Source: an uncultured Methanomassiliicoccales archaeon (lineage in GTDB: Archaea; Thermoplasmatota; Thermoplasmata; Methanomassiliicoccales; UBA472). From it: 64,000 nt of DNA. The stretch covers positions 770,327-834,326 of the forward strand of contig OW818644.1 in the NCBI GenBank assembly GCA_942492955.1, given 5' to 3'. The translations under genes were made by a program, and so were the position numbers. The notes beneath the pieces are model-generated. The model worked only from the letters and a program-made list of their open reading frames with translations. It was not told the origin of the DNA and searched no databases. Positions 1-9,540 of this stretch are shown in pieces. The stretch's first letter is position 1, and every line of letters begins with the position of its first letter.

Positions 1-415
1 TGTTGAACCGCCAGACAGCTTCGAGATGGTGAGCGACCCCAACACGGCTATACGGGCACACAAGCTCACATACTGGTGTGCAAGGACCGGCTCGGATTGA
101 TGGTCTTTGATCCATCCCGAGGGACAGACGATCACATTGATCCATGAATCCGATCAGGGTTCTATCGTTTCAAGAATTCATAGATCGAAGCACATTGTTC
201 ACCGTGATATTCATGGACAACTAGTCGATCCCGTCAAGTCCGTAGACCTTAATATCTCCTGAATTCTTGCCGGTCAGACCCGTTTTTCACACACACTGGC
301 ATGATCATCTAGTAGATAGCCGGCCAATACTGGAATCTCACTTATTGACCGTGCCTTCCGCTGTTTCATTGCCTTATCTATTTCATTATCCCGCTCTGAA
401 TCATTTTGGACGGCT

Positions 416-772
416 ATGGGACATCTCACTCTCAAGAACATCTCACCGGGACTTGTGATAGCTGTCCTGGTCGTCTTATCTGTGTCCTTACCGTTTTCTC
501 TGGGGATGTTGACTACCAAAGGCAAGTATGCTCCTTTGGTATTGGATCAATCGACCGACATCAATGGCAATGGGCAGAACAACAACTGCAGCTCCGGCGC
601 ACAGCAATGGAGCGGTTCCTCCCTGGTAGGCTCGAATGGGAACGCAGAGATTCTGATGACGGCATCCATCGTGGCAATAGTGATCATGGTGATCGTGCTC
701 GCATTGGCTACGTTGATGCTCCTAAAAGGAAAGAAAATGATGAAGGGGAAAGGCCCCCTCTTTCATTTCTGA
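416..772 (+). CDS. hypothetical small membrane protein
   Basis: 118-aa ORF. Hydrophobic helices GLVIAVLVVLSVSL and ASIVAIVIMVIVLALATLMLL are followed by a Lys-rich tail, with an Asn/Gly/Ser-rich middle. The competing ORF 406-831 in another frame looks non-protein-like. Confidence 0.35.
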   Translation: MGHLTLKNISPGLVIAVLVVLSVSLPFSLGMLTTKGKYAPLVLDQSTDINGNGQNNNCSSGAQQWSGSSLVGSNGNAEILMTASIVAIVIMVIVLALATLMLLKGKKMMKGKGPLFHF

Positions 773-790
773 TCTGCATTCCTCGAGACG

Positions 791-1453
791 CTAAGGTTTC
801 TGCAACACTACCTCGTATAGCTTCTTGGTGAATGGCGGAGAGGTATCGTCGAACTCCTTGATCCAAAGAACATCATATCCAGCTGCAAGACGCTTGATCT
901 TCTCCTCGCTGAAGAAGTGCACCACGAATCCAAGCGGGTTCTGCCACATGTCCTCACCGAAATGCTTCCCCTTGCCGAAATGTGGGTCATGCACGTTCCT
1001 GACCGAATAGATGTTCAGGCCTCCGGGTTTCAGCACTCTCAATACTTCTGAGAAGAGGAATGCCAGCTCCGATTCGGGGAACTGCATGGTAAAGAACATG
1101 TGGGAGAAGCATCCATCGAAGGAGCCGTCGTCGAAAGGGAGGCCTTTGCGTGCATCGCCGACCTTGAGGACGACTGACCCAGCCACACCCCCGGATGTTG
1201 CTTTTTCCTTGATCTGGCAGAGCCCGGTCTCGGAGTAGTCCAGAGCCGTCACTTCTATTCCGTTCTGAGCGAAGAAGAGCGTATCCCTGCCCTGCCCGCA
1301 ACCCAGTTCCAGTATCTTCCTGGCCTTATGACTCTGGAACACGGGCAAAGCGCTTAACCCAAGCTCGCTGGCATCCTTCCCGAAAAAGTCCTGGTTCGAG
1401 GAATAGGCATTATCCCACCTCGACATCTGGTCGTTACTCTGCTCCGGTGTCAT
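791..1453 (-). CDS. class I SAM-dependent methyltransferase
   Basis: 220-aa ORF with ATG start. Contains SAM-binding motif I ILELGCGQGRDTLFFAQNG and a downstream acidic loop typical of the Methyltransf_11/25 fold. Confidence 0.85.
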   Translation of the reverse strand: MTPEQSNDQMSRWDNAYSSNQDFFGKDASELGLSALPVFQSHKARKILELGCGQGRDTLFFAQNGIEVTALDYSETGLCQIKEKATSGGVAGSVVLKVGDARKGLPFDDGSFDGCFSHMFFTMQFPESELAFLFSEVLRVLKPGGLNIYSVRNVHDPHFGKGKHFGEDMWQNPLGFVVHFFSEEKIKRLAAGYDVLWIKEFDDTSPPFTKKLYEVVLQKP

Positions 1454-1599
1454 TTTTTGGCCTAGCGTTTCAAGGGGTTCGCGCCACTTAAAGCTTCGTC
1501 AATGGGAAAATTTGCCGGACTTCCACTCTGACATCGATACCGAGGTCTGCACCGTCGCCATCCAGCAAGATTAAATATGGTCGAACCGGATGAACGTTC

Positions 1600-2097
1600 A
1601 TGCCGCTCGGGGATCCCATGGGAGGAGATACTCAATATGACAGCCGAGGCGTCCTGCTCGGTGTCTCTGCGGTTGCCATACCGGTCAGGGATCTCGCCGG
1701 CGCTGTCTCATTCTACGAGCAGATGTTCGGCCTCGCCGTACAACGGGATTCGAGGACCGAGAACTGGGTCGAGATGGGTTCAAGTAGAAGCCTGGCCAGA
1801 ATTGCTCTCTACGTCCCGGACAAAGGTGGACGCAAGCCCGGCGGACCGACCGGGATCATTCTGGCAACGGAGAGCATATATGATCTACACCGGAAGATGG
1901 TGGACCGCGGGGTGCGGTTCGTGGTCAAACCGGAGAAGAGGGGGGTAGGCGGGCTCATCGCGATCTTCCTTGACCAGGACGACAACCAGATCGCCGTCGT
2001 CGAGGAAACGCTTACTCAGATTCCTGAAAATGGTGAGGTTGCCAAACAGGCGCCGGCAGAAATGGCGCGACCAAAAAGGACGGTCACCGAGTACTGA
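1600..2097 (+). CDS. VOC (glyoxalase/bleomycin-resistance/dioxygenase) family protein
   Basis: 165-aa ORF. The segment VSAVAIPVRDLAGAVSFYEQMFGL resembles a glyoxalase-fold N-terminal beta-alpha-beta module. An alternative start lies at Met7 (1618). The 3' end overlaps the convergent gene by 14 nt. Confidence 0.7.
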   Translation: MPLGDPMGGDTQYDSRGVLLGVSAVAIPVRDLAGAVSFYEQMFGLAVQRDSRTENWVEMGSSRSLARIALYVPDKGGRKPGGPTGIILATESIYDLHRKMVDRGVRFVVKPEKRGVGGLIAIFLDQDDNQIAVVEETLTQIPENGEVAKQAPAEMARPKRTVTEY

Positions 2098-3157
2098 GCT
2101 GTCTCTTGCGAAGTCCCAGGAAATGAACAATAGCGTTGGCCCGATTGCTGGCCTGTTCCAAACATGACACGACATCCTTGGGAGATTCCGCGCAACCGAC
2201 CGTTATGACCGGGGCCATACCGGGGCGCATTTCGTCATCGAATAGCAGGCCCTCTTCATCCAAAGCCATTCCCAGTTGTCCGGCGATACGAAGCGTTTCC
2301 TGTGAAAGTCGAAGACCTACGTTCAGCACGACCATATCGGCTGGAACTTCATACAACTCGTTCAAAAGTGTGTTCTCGCCACATACCAGGAGCTTGCTGT
2401 CCTTCTCTCTGACCATCGCCGGCTGGCCCCGGACGAAGCGCACGCCGAGATGTCGAGCCTCCTTGTATGCAGCTTCCTGGCCCCGACCGCATGTCCGGAT
2501 GTCGATGTAGAAAACGTGAACCTGCACCTTCGGGTCAAGCCTCTTGAGCCTGATCGATTCCTTGACGGCGTTCATGCAGCAATAGTACGAACAATAGGGC
2601 ACGCCCCTTTTTTCCACGCGTGAACCGACGCATTGGACGAACGAAACGCTGCCAGCCTCGGATCTTCCATCCGTCTCCCAGTTTGAGAGCATTCTATCGA
2701 ACTCGACCGAGGTGACCACCCCGCGAAGCCTGCCCGCTCCGTACTCTGGTATCGCTTTTTCGTTGATGGGCTCCATCCCAGTGGCGATGATGACGGCCTT
2801 CGCCTCGATCTCGCTCATGTCCCCTTTATCGTCAGCCAGGATCGCCGTGACCAGTTCCTGCTCCCTGGATATGTTCCCGATATGGTGACCGAGCAACAGC
2901 CTGATGTTGTCAATCCCGCTGACCTCCTCCTTTAGGCGACGAACCTGATCAGAAGGGGATGTGCCTCGGATGACCGTGTGAGTAAGTGTCTTGGAAAGAC
3001 CGCCCAGTTCCATCTCCTTTTCCACCAGGACAACGCTCAGACCGGCTCGGGCAGAATCCAGTGCGGCTTGCATGCCGGCCACCCCGCCGCCGATCACCAG
3101 GAGATCAAATCGATCAATCATAGGAACACGATCGCCGGTAGCGGGGTCATATGACAT
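2084..3157 (-). CDS. HdrA-like FAD-dependent oxidoreductase (heterodisulfide reductase subunit A family, short form)
   Basis: Carries the dinucleotide-binding motif DLLVIGGGVAGMQAALDSARAG. Also carries the HdrA-type motif FVQCVGSRVEKRGVPYCSYYCCMNAVKE. The ORF extends to 3268, but that would abut the divergent gene at 3271. I verified the ATG at 3157 (MSYDPATG) in frame and prefer it. Confidence 0.75.
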   Translation of the reverse strand: MSYDPATGDRVPMIDRFDLLVIGGGVAGMQAALDSARAGLSVVLVEKEMELGGLSKTLTHTVIRGTSPSDQVRRLKEEVSGIDNIRLLLGHHIGNISREQELVTAILADDKGDMSEIEAKAVIIATGMEPINEKAIPEYGAGRLRGVVTSVEFDRMLSNWETDGRSEAGSVSFVQCVGSRVEKRGVPYCSYYCCMNAVKESIRLKRLDPKVQVHVFYIDIRTCGRGQEAAYKEARHLGVRFVRGQPAMVREKDSKLLVCGENTLLNELYEVPADMVVLNVGLRLSQETLRIAGQLGMALDEEGLLFDDEMRPGMAPVITVGCAESPKDVVSCLEQASNRANAIVHFLGLRKRQLSTR

Positions 3158-3270
3158 AAGCGTTGTTAAACAGGATATTTCTAGATTCCATTGATGTCCA
3201 ATTTCGTTGATCGGTGGAAAAAAATAAATTGGTATCTGAGGAATTGCATACGGGGTAAGAGGGGTCAATA

Positions 3271-4170
3271 ATGGCCAAAAAGGTCCTATCTAGAAATATT
3301 GTGATCGCCACATTTGCGATCGTAGTCACCGTGTTAATCCTGGGATCGATCTTGCTTGTTTTCATGAAACCATCATCCACGGCAGGATTCATACCTCTGG
3401 TACAGGATGGCGTCAGGGAGGGTGACCATTTTGACTATGATGTTACCGGTACCTTCAATAACACAACCGTGACTGGAACCTACCGCATCGATATGGGATC
3501 GGGGCTGAGTTGGTCGATTAAGAAGAATATATCCGATCCGAGTCTGAATTCCACATTGGATCAGGAAAGTCAGTTCGTTACTATATCCAAAGGCAACGAA
3601 GTGGGGACGGGTAAATATTCTACAAGCTATGGTGTGAAGGATGTCGTCTGGTTGTTCAAGGCGAATCAGAAATGGGTATCCATCTGCTATAGCGGAACGA
3701 ACCCGGCCATCATTTATGGAGCCGTGGTCATTGGACAAAACTTCCATCTTGATATCATTCTCAAAGATACTGACAATCCATGGGCGATTTCTAACAACAC
3801 CTCGATTCTGTCACTGAATCCTGAACCGACACCAGACTCCAACCAAGGTGGAAGTGGGAGCGTGGACCGGAATGGACTTACAAGCGGTACAAGTTTCTAC
3901 ACCGAAAACGGTGGGTTGCTTCAATACTTCCTCAACGCCACCGACGTTGACGTCCTCGCCTACAGCGACGGAAATATCCGCTCCATGGCTGAAGGAGGCC
4001 CTTACGCCTTCGATCCGAGGCTGACCAGATTGCATTCTGGCAATATGACTGGGGAGATCATTCTTCCTAGAGGGTTCTATTGGATCGTGTTCGTCGGGCA
4101 CACCGATTATACGGACATAACTGATCCCTATCCTCACCACTCAGCGACCTGGGCCTTCACCAAATATTGA
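3271..4170 (+). CDS. membrane-anchored, N-glycosylation-sequon-rich surface protein (paralog of 53310-54191)
   Basis: 299 aa. An N-terminal anchor IVIATFAIVVTVLILGSILLVF is followed by an ectodomain of about 260 aa with many N-x-S/T sequons. Clear paralogy to the 53310-54191 product: GTGKYSTSYGVKDVVWLF vs ATGKYMTPFGVKEVVWMF, and LNATDVDVLAYSDGNIRSMAEGGPYAFD vs LNATDVDVMGFSEGNVRSMAERGPFAYD. Confidence 0.7.
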   Translation: MAKKVLSRNIVIATFAIVVTVLILGSILLVFMKPSSTAGFIPLVQDGVREGDHFDYDVTGTFNNTTVTGTYRIDMGSGLSWSIKKNISDPSLNSTLDQESQFVTISKGNEVGTGKYSTSYGVKDVVWLFKANQKWVSICYSGTNPAIIYGAVVIGQNFHLDIILKDTDNPWAISNNTSILSLNPEPTPDSNQGGSGSVDRNGLTSGTSFYTENGGLLQYFLNATDVDVLAYSDGNIRSMAEGGPYAFDPRLTRLHSGNMTGEIILPRGFYWIVFVGHTDYTDITDPYPHHSATWAFTKY

Positions 4171-4279
4171 CAGCGTTAAGAGTATGCACGACCAGAACGA
4201 TGGCACCGAAGATAAAGAAGACCCATTCCGCAAAAGGTAAATAATCATTCCTGCGTCTCAAAGAACTGGGTCTAGTCAC

Positions 4280-5056
4280 ATGCTGGAAGTCGAGAACCTG
4301 AGCGTGGAGGTCGGCGGCAGAGAAGTGCTGCATGACCTGAGCATTAGCGTCATGGACGGTTACACGAACGTATTGTTCGGACCGAACGGTTCGGGCAAAT
4401 CAACGTTACTGATGACCATCATGGGATTCAGCGGTTACAAGGTTACCCAGGGCTCTATCAAACTCAATGGTGAGGATATCACCGGGCTATCGGTCTCGGA
4501 ACGGGCACGCAAGGGCATAGGCATGATGATGCAGCGCCCGCCGAACCTGGCCGGCGTGAGGCTGCGGGACCTGGTCAAGGTCACCAGCCGGGGAAGGACC
4601 GACCCGGACAAGTTGGCCGTCGATCTGGACATGCAGCCGTTCCTGGCTCGGGACGTGAACGTGGGATTCTCCGGAGGAGAGATCAAACGCTCGGAACTGT
4701 TGCAACTGGAGGCCCAGAACCCCTGCCTGTTCCTATTGGACGAGCCGGAATCAGGAGTGGACATCGTCTCCATCCAGAAGGTCGGAGCCAAGGTGAACGA
4801 GCTCCTCCACGACAAGATGGGCTGCGCCGGAAAGCGAGACATGAGCGGAAGGGCTGCATTGATCATCACCCATACCGGTGCGATACTGGACTATGTCGAG
4901 GCGGACCGCGGCTACGTGCTATGCAAAGGCACCGTGGCATGCTCCGGAAATCCTAGGGAGCTGCTCTCAGAGATAAGACGCATGGGCTACGATGAATGCA
5001 TAAGATGCAAGCTGAACCTGAAGAGGCCCAACGTCGAGATGGCCAAGGAGGTCTGA
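4280..5056 (+). CDS. sufC: Fe-S cluster assembly ATPase SufC
   Basis: Walker A GPNGSGKSTLL, ABC signature FSGGEIKRSELLQL and Walker B LFLLDEPESGVD. Sits immediately upstream of the SufB/D-family gene. Confidence 0.95.
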   Translation: MLEVENLSVEVGGREVLHDLSISVMDGYTNVLFGPNGSGKSTLLMTIMGFSGYKVTQGSIKLNGEDITGLSVSERARKGIGMMMQRPPNLAGVRLRDLVKVTSRGRTDPDKLAVDLDMQPFLARDVNVGFSGGEIKRSELLQLEAQNPCLFLLDEPESGVDIVSIQKVGAKVNELLHDKMGCAGKRDMSGRAALIITHTGAILDYVEADRGYVLCKGTVACSGNPRELLSEIRRMGYDECIRCKLNLKRPNVEMAKEV

Positions 5057-5058
5057 AA

Positions 5059-6279
5059 ATGGCCGCTGAAACCTTAAAGAAGAGGGCGGAAGAGGCCAAA
5101 GGGAAGAAGGCAACGTTCGGCGAGGACATCGAGCTCGATCATTTCAAGGAGGCCAGGCGGGACATGCCCACGACCGAGTCGCTCGAATCACTGAGCGAAT
5201 CCGACCGGAGGACCCTGCTGAACGCAGGCGTCATGCCGAGCGGTGAAGGCCGTTCCGGTTCGTTCGTCCTCATGGACAACACCGTGGTCCACGAATCCAT
5301 ACAGGGAACCGGGGTCGAGGTCACATCGGTCCAGCAAGCCCTCAAGAACCACGACTGGGTCAAGGATTACAGCTGGAAGGCGGTTGCAGTCGATGCGGAC
5401 AAGTATACGGCCAGAACCTACCTCGAAGAGGCGGATGGATATTTCATCCGAGCGCTGGCGGGGCACAAGGTGCAGCTGCCGGTGCAGACCTGCCTCATGG
5501 TCAAGAGCAAAGACGCGGCGCAGACCGTGCACAACATAATCATCATCGAAGAAGGCGCGGAACTGGAGGTCCTCACCGGATGCTCGACCAGCAAGGGTGT
5601 GGAGCGGGCGCTGCACCTGGGCATTTCTGAGTTCTACCTAAAGAAAGGGGCCAAGCTGACGTTCACCATGATCCACAACTGGTCCGAGACCATGGGAGTG
5701 CGTCCTCGCACGGTCATCCTTCAGGAGGAGAACTCAACCTTCATCTCCAACTACGTCGCGCTCAGGCCGGTCCAGAGCATCCAAACCTATCCTACCACAA
5801 GGATGGACGGAGCCGGGTCGGTGGCTCGCTTCAGCACCGTCGCCATAGGACACCCGGGCAGCGAACTGGACCTGGGAGGGCGGGCGATCATGAACGCGCC
5901 AAACACCCGATGCGAGATCATCTCCAGGACCGTGTCGACAGGCGGCAAGATCATTTCCAGGGGCCAGCTCATAGGCAAGGCCCCGGGGATCAAGGCGCAC
6001 CTTGAATGCAAGGGGCTGATCCTGCACGAGAGCGGGATCCAGATCGCGATACCGGAGTTGGAGGCCTACGTTCCCGATGTGGAGATGACCCACGAGGCAG
6101 CCGTCGGCAAGATCGCCCAGGACCAGGTCGAGTACCTGATGTCCCGCGGCCTCACGGAAGAGGAAGCCGTCGGCATGATCGTGAGGGGGTTCCTCGACGT
6201 GAGCATCATGGGCCTGCCGGACCAGCTGAAGGATGAGATCGACGCGACGATGCAGCAGGCAGACATCGGCAAGATGTGA
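5059..6279 (+). CDS. sufB: Fe-S cluster assembly scaffold, SufB/SufD family
   Basis: The C-terminal region THEAAVGKIAQDQVEYLMSRGLTEEEAVGMIVRGFL is typical of SufB/SufD. ATG at 5059 was verified, 2 nt after the sufC stop. The ORF-track start at 4996 would overlap sufC. Confidence 0.9.
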   Translation: MAAETLKKRAEEAKGKKATFGEDIELDHFKEARRDMPTTESLESLSESDRRTLLNAGVMPSGEGRSGSFVLMDNTVVHESIQGTGVEVTSVQQALKNHDWVKDYSWKAVAVDADKYTARTYLEEADGYFIRALAGHKVQLPVQTCLMVKSKDAAQTVHNIIIIEEGAELEVLTGCSTSKGVERALHLGISEFYLKKGAKLTFTMIHNWSETMGVRPRTVILQEENSTFISNYVALRPVQSIQTYPTTRMDGAGSVARFSTVAIGHPGSELDLGGRAIMNAPNTRCEIISRTVSTGGKIISRGQLIGKAPGIKAHLECKGLILHESGIQIAIPELEAYVPDVEMTHEAAVGKIAQDQVEYLMSRGLTEEEAVGMIVRGFLDVSIMGLPDQLKDEIDATMQQADIGKM

Positions 6280-6418
6280 TGAGGCAACGGGTGATGCCAC
6301 CCACCCCTTTTTCCCACATTTTACGATAATCGAAGCAATATTACGGTGAAACGGAGCATGCTACGGCCTGTCATCGATGGTCTTTGAAAAGCTTTAATTT
6401 GCCCCCGTTTATTACGGT

Positions 6419-6955
6419 GTGGGGTTAAGATTGGTGGGGGATACATACGAATTGGACATGGATAGTGCAATACTAGACGCGATCGGACGCCTTAATAAGC
6501 AGGACAAGGCGGAAGTTGCGCATTTTATCATAGATCCGGTAGTGCTGTTCATTCTGGGGGCGACATCGAGGAGAAACCTGACCGTGAGCGAAATGGCACC
6601 GTCTATCAACCTGCCTATCGCCACCTGCTACAAGCTGGTCTACCAGCTGGAGGCATTCGGTCTGATGTCGAAGGTGGGAGTGTCTAGAACGTCTGGAAGG
6701 GGAAAGGCATCGACCTACACCTCGATCCTGAAGTCATTGAACCTGGAGCTCAGGAACGGCACCATATTGATGACGGTCACCTGGAAGAACAATCAGCGTG
6801 AGTCGTTCCGTCGTGAACTGAACACGGAGCCGACTAACACCGCATTCTCGCTTTTAGTCAGCCCGCTGGACCAGGCGATCGCCGGAGAATACATAGAGCC
6901 ACGTTACCGCGGCTATCTGAACCAACCGGTCAAGAACGTCGGTGCCACCGAGTAA
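6419..6955 (+). CDS. putative winged-helix transcriptional regulator
   Basis: 178-aa ORF with a GTG start; an in-frame ATG at 6458 is an alternative. The HTH-like segment LTVSEMAPSINLPIATCYKLVYQLEAFGLM resembles ArsR/TrmB-type wHTH. Confidence 0.5.
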   Translation: MGLRLVGDTYELDMDSAILDAIGRLNKQDKAEVAHFIIDPVVLFILGATSRRNLTVSEMAPSINLPIATCYKLVYQLEAFGLMSKVGVSRTSGRGKASTYTSILKSLNLELRNGTILMTVTWKNNQRESFRRELNTEPTNTAFSLLVSPLDQAIAGEYIEPRYRGYLNQPVKNVGATE

Positions 6956-7023
6956 AACAATTGCCTTTCCCGAGTAGGGGATAGGCTCAATCCCTTTCAA
7001 TATTCCAGTTCACCAGCTGTCGC

Positions 7024-7821
7024 TCAGAACCGATAGCCTGCCTGGAATCCTAGTTCTTTGATCATTGACACTAACAGGTAGCGATGTTTGAGCGCATCCA
7101 GCATACCGCGCGACTTTGACTTGGAACGATGGAATGTATCGATCTTCATCTGATCGCGGTAGGCCCGCGTCCTTCTCCCGATGGACCTCTGATGTCTGTA
7201 AAGCTCCCGCGCGTTGCTTTCCTCGTTATGCCATACTGCGTCAGGAACGATGATCGAATCCGTGCTCTTCTCCCGCACCTTCGAGTACACCAGCGAGTCC
7301 TCGTAACTTCCCATGGTCGGGATCATTGATTCGGGGATCTGGGAATAGGCATATTCCAGCAGGGGTCGTTTGAATAGGCGAGGGTAGACATTGTAGCCCT
7401 CACCCCCGTTCATAGCCTCGGTCTCGAAGAACAGCCTCTGCCGGTCAAGCTCCCGTTGGACCCAATTCGAGGGTTTGTAGGAGCGTTCTCCCAGGACGAT
7501 CATGTCATGCTTCTGCATCTGCTCGATACAGCGGGAAAGGGCGCCTGGTTGCATCACCTGATCAGCGTCGATGTGCATGATCCAATCACCCTTCGAGGCT
7601 TTCAGACCCTCAACCCGGGCACCGAGAAGCCTTCCAGGATAATCGACCACTTTGGCGCCGAATCCGGCCGCGATCTCTTTGGTCCGGTCCTTAGAGAACG
7701 AATCGACCAGGATCACCTCGATATTCTTGTATTCCTGCTCTTTGACGGACTGTAATGCCATGCCGATATGCCTCTCCTCGTTGAGCGATGGTATGATGAT
7801 GGAGATGAGCCCGATTTCCAT
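7024..7821 (-). CDS. family 2 glycosyltransferase
   Basis: N-terminal ISIIIPSLNEERHIGMALQSVKEQEYKNIEVILVDSFSKDRT and the DxD-like HIDADQ are typical of the GT2 (GT-A) fold. Confidence 0.85.
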   Translation of the reverse strand: MEIGLISIIIPSLNEERHIGMALQSVKEQEYKNIEVILVDSFSKDRTKEIAAGFGAKVVDYPGRLLGARVEGLKASKGDWIMHIDADQVMQPGALSRCIEQMQKHDMIVLGERSYKPSNWVQRELDRQRLFFETEAMNGGEGYNVYPRLFKRPLLEYAYSQIPESMIPTMGSYEDSLVYSKVREKSTDSIIVPDAVWHNEESNARELYRHQRSIGRRTRAYRDQMKIDTFHRSKSKSRGMLDALKHRYLLVSMIKELGFQAGYRF

Positions 7822-7948
7822 GTGATGACCGCATGGCCAGTATCCAAACCTAGATAAATAGAAATATCGGTCATCTCGTCCAGAAAGATGTCCAGGCCAT
7901 GCCCGATCGGTGTCCGAGGGCGCGGAAAATGGAAGGGAAGAAAGTCAT

Positions 7949-8941
7949 ATGATCATCACCAGGACCCCTTACCGGATCAGTTTCGTCGGTGGCGGCTCCG
8001 ACATGGAATCGTTCTATGAGAAGCATCAGGGAGCGGTTCTCAGCTCCACCATCAACAAGTTCGTCTACATCTCATCACATCATTTCTTCGAGGAGGAAAG
8101 CATCCGCCTGAAGTACTCTAAGAACGAGACTGTCAAGTCGATCGCCGATATCCAGCATCCCCTGTTCCGGGAAGCGCTGTCCCAGTTCGGGGTGAAAGGG
8201 TCATTGGAGATGAGCTCAAATGGAGACGTGCCCGCAGGGACCGGGCTCGGATCGTCATCCGCCTTCACCGTGGGGCTTCTGCACAATCTCTACGTGCGCG
8301 AGGGCAAGTATGCGACCAAGGCCCGTCTGGCCGAGGAGGCCTGCGCTATCGAGATCGATCGCTTGAAGGAACCCATCGGCAAACAGGACCACTACGCCGC
8401 GGCCTTCGGCGGTCTTAACATCATCCGCTTCAATACCAATGGGACCGTAGAGGTAGAACCGATCCATCTCAACCAGAGAACGAACCGGGAATTGCAGACG
8501 AATCTGCTGATGTTCTACACTGGCACCCAAAGGAGCGCATCCACCATCCTGCAGGAGCAGAAGGACAACATCGCCGCGATGAAGAAGTCAGATGTACTGA
8601 TCAAGATGGTCGATCTGGTCTGGGAACTGCGAGACAGTCTGTTCAGCGGGGACCTCTCGTCTTTCGGAGAGATCCTGGACCGCAATTGGGCGTTGAAACA
8701 GAGACTGGCGAACGGCATCGGAACGGACCAGGTCACCTCGATGTATCGCAGAGGCATTGCGGCCGGAGCCTTGGGAGGCAAACTTTTGGGTGCTGGTGGG
8801 GGCGGATTCCTGCTCTTCTACTGCGAAAAAGAAAAGCAGGAGAGGTTGAGGGCGGAGCTCGCGGCACATCAGGAACTGAGGTTCAAGTTCGAGAACGAGG
8901 GTTCAAAGTTAGTTTTCGTAGGAGATGAGTATGAAGGCTGA
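7949..8941 (+). CDS. hddA: GHMP-family sugar kinase, D-glycero-D-manno-heptose 7-phosphate kinase (HddA)-like
   Basis: MIITRTPYRISFVGGGSDMESFY resembles the HddA/GHMP N-terminus. GHMP motif PAGTGLGSSSAF is present, and the C-terminal GAGGGGFLLFY. ATG at 7949 was verified behind GGAAGGGAAG. The ORF-track GTG is at 7910. Confidence 0.8.
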   Translation: MIITRTPYRISFVGGGSDMESFYEKHQGAVLSSTINKFVYISSHHFFEEESIRLKYSKNETVKSIADIQHPLFREALSQFGVKGSLEMSSNGDVPAGTGLGSSSAFTVGLLHNLYVREGKYATKARLAEEACAIEIDRLKEPIGKQDHYAAAFGGLNIIRFNTNGTVEVEPIHLNQRTNRELQTNLLMFYTGTQRSASTILQEQKDNIAAMKKSDVLIKMVDLVWELRDSLFSGDLSSFGEILDRNWALKQRLANGIGTDQVTSMYRRGIAAGALGGKLLGAGGGGFLLFYCEKEKQERLRAELAAHQELRFKFENEGSKLVFVGDEYEG

Positions 8942-9512
8942 TGGGATCGACCGATATCTTGGGGAGGTCAAATCGACCTTGGACAATCTCGATCGCGAAG
9001 ATCTGGAAAGGTTCGCCGATGCGCTCATGAAGGCGTACTCGGAAGGGAACCAGATATTCGTCTTCGGGAATGGCGGCAGCGGTTCCACGGCCTCCCATTT
9101 CTGCGGAGATTTCCTGAAAGGAGTATCATACGGTTTGGAAAAGAGGTTCCGGTTCCTCTGCCTGAACGACAACATCCCTGCTTTACTGGCCATCGCCAAC
9201 GATATCAGTTACGAGGATGTCTTCGTGGAGCAATTGAAGAATCACATGCGCAAGGACGACCTGGTGATCGGGATCTCCGGCAGCGGTAACTCGATGAACG
9301 TGGTCAAGGCGCTGCAGTACGCCAACGACAACGGCGCGGTCACCGTGGCCATGTGCGGCTTTGACGGGGGCAGGATCATCGGCATGGCTGACATCCATAT
9401 ACACGCCCGGATAACGAACATGGAGGTCACCGAGGACGTGCACCTGATCGCCATTCACTGCCTAAAAACGATTTTGAAGGAAAGACTTCAGAACCAGCAG
9501 ATTCAGTGCTGA
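8925..9512 (+). CDS. gmhA: phosphoheptose isomerase (SIS domain), GmhA-like
   Basis: SIS-domain motifs FVFGNGGSGSTASHFCGDF and ISGSGNS. Overlaps the hddA-like gene by 17 nt (alternative ATG at 8931). Confidence 0.85.
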   Translation: MSMKADGIDRYLGEVKSTLDNLDREDLERFADALMKAYSEGNQIFVFGNGGSGSTASHFCGDFLKGVSYGLEKRFRFLCLNDNIPALLAIANDISYEDVFVEQLKNHMRKDDLVIGISGSGNSMNVVKALQYANDNGAVTVAMCGFDGGRIIGMADIHIHARITNMEVTEDVHLIAIHCLKTILKERLQNQQIQC

Positions 9513-9540
9513 ACGATAACAATCCATAGGAGACACAAAC

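Noticed and set aside
1-101. Possible 3' end of a plus-strand gene entering from the left edge (frame 2: VEPPDSFEMVSDPNTAIRAHKLTYWCARTGSD-stop).
   Set aside because: Only 33 codons are visible, with no recognisable motif and no way to confirm the frame. This is too little evidence for a feature.
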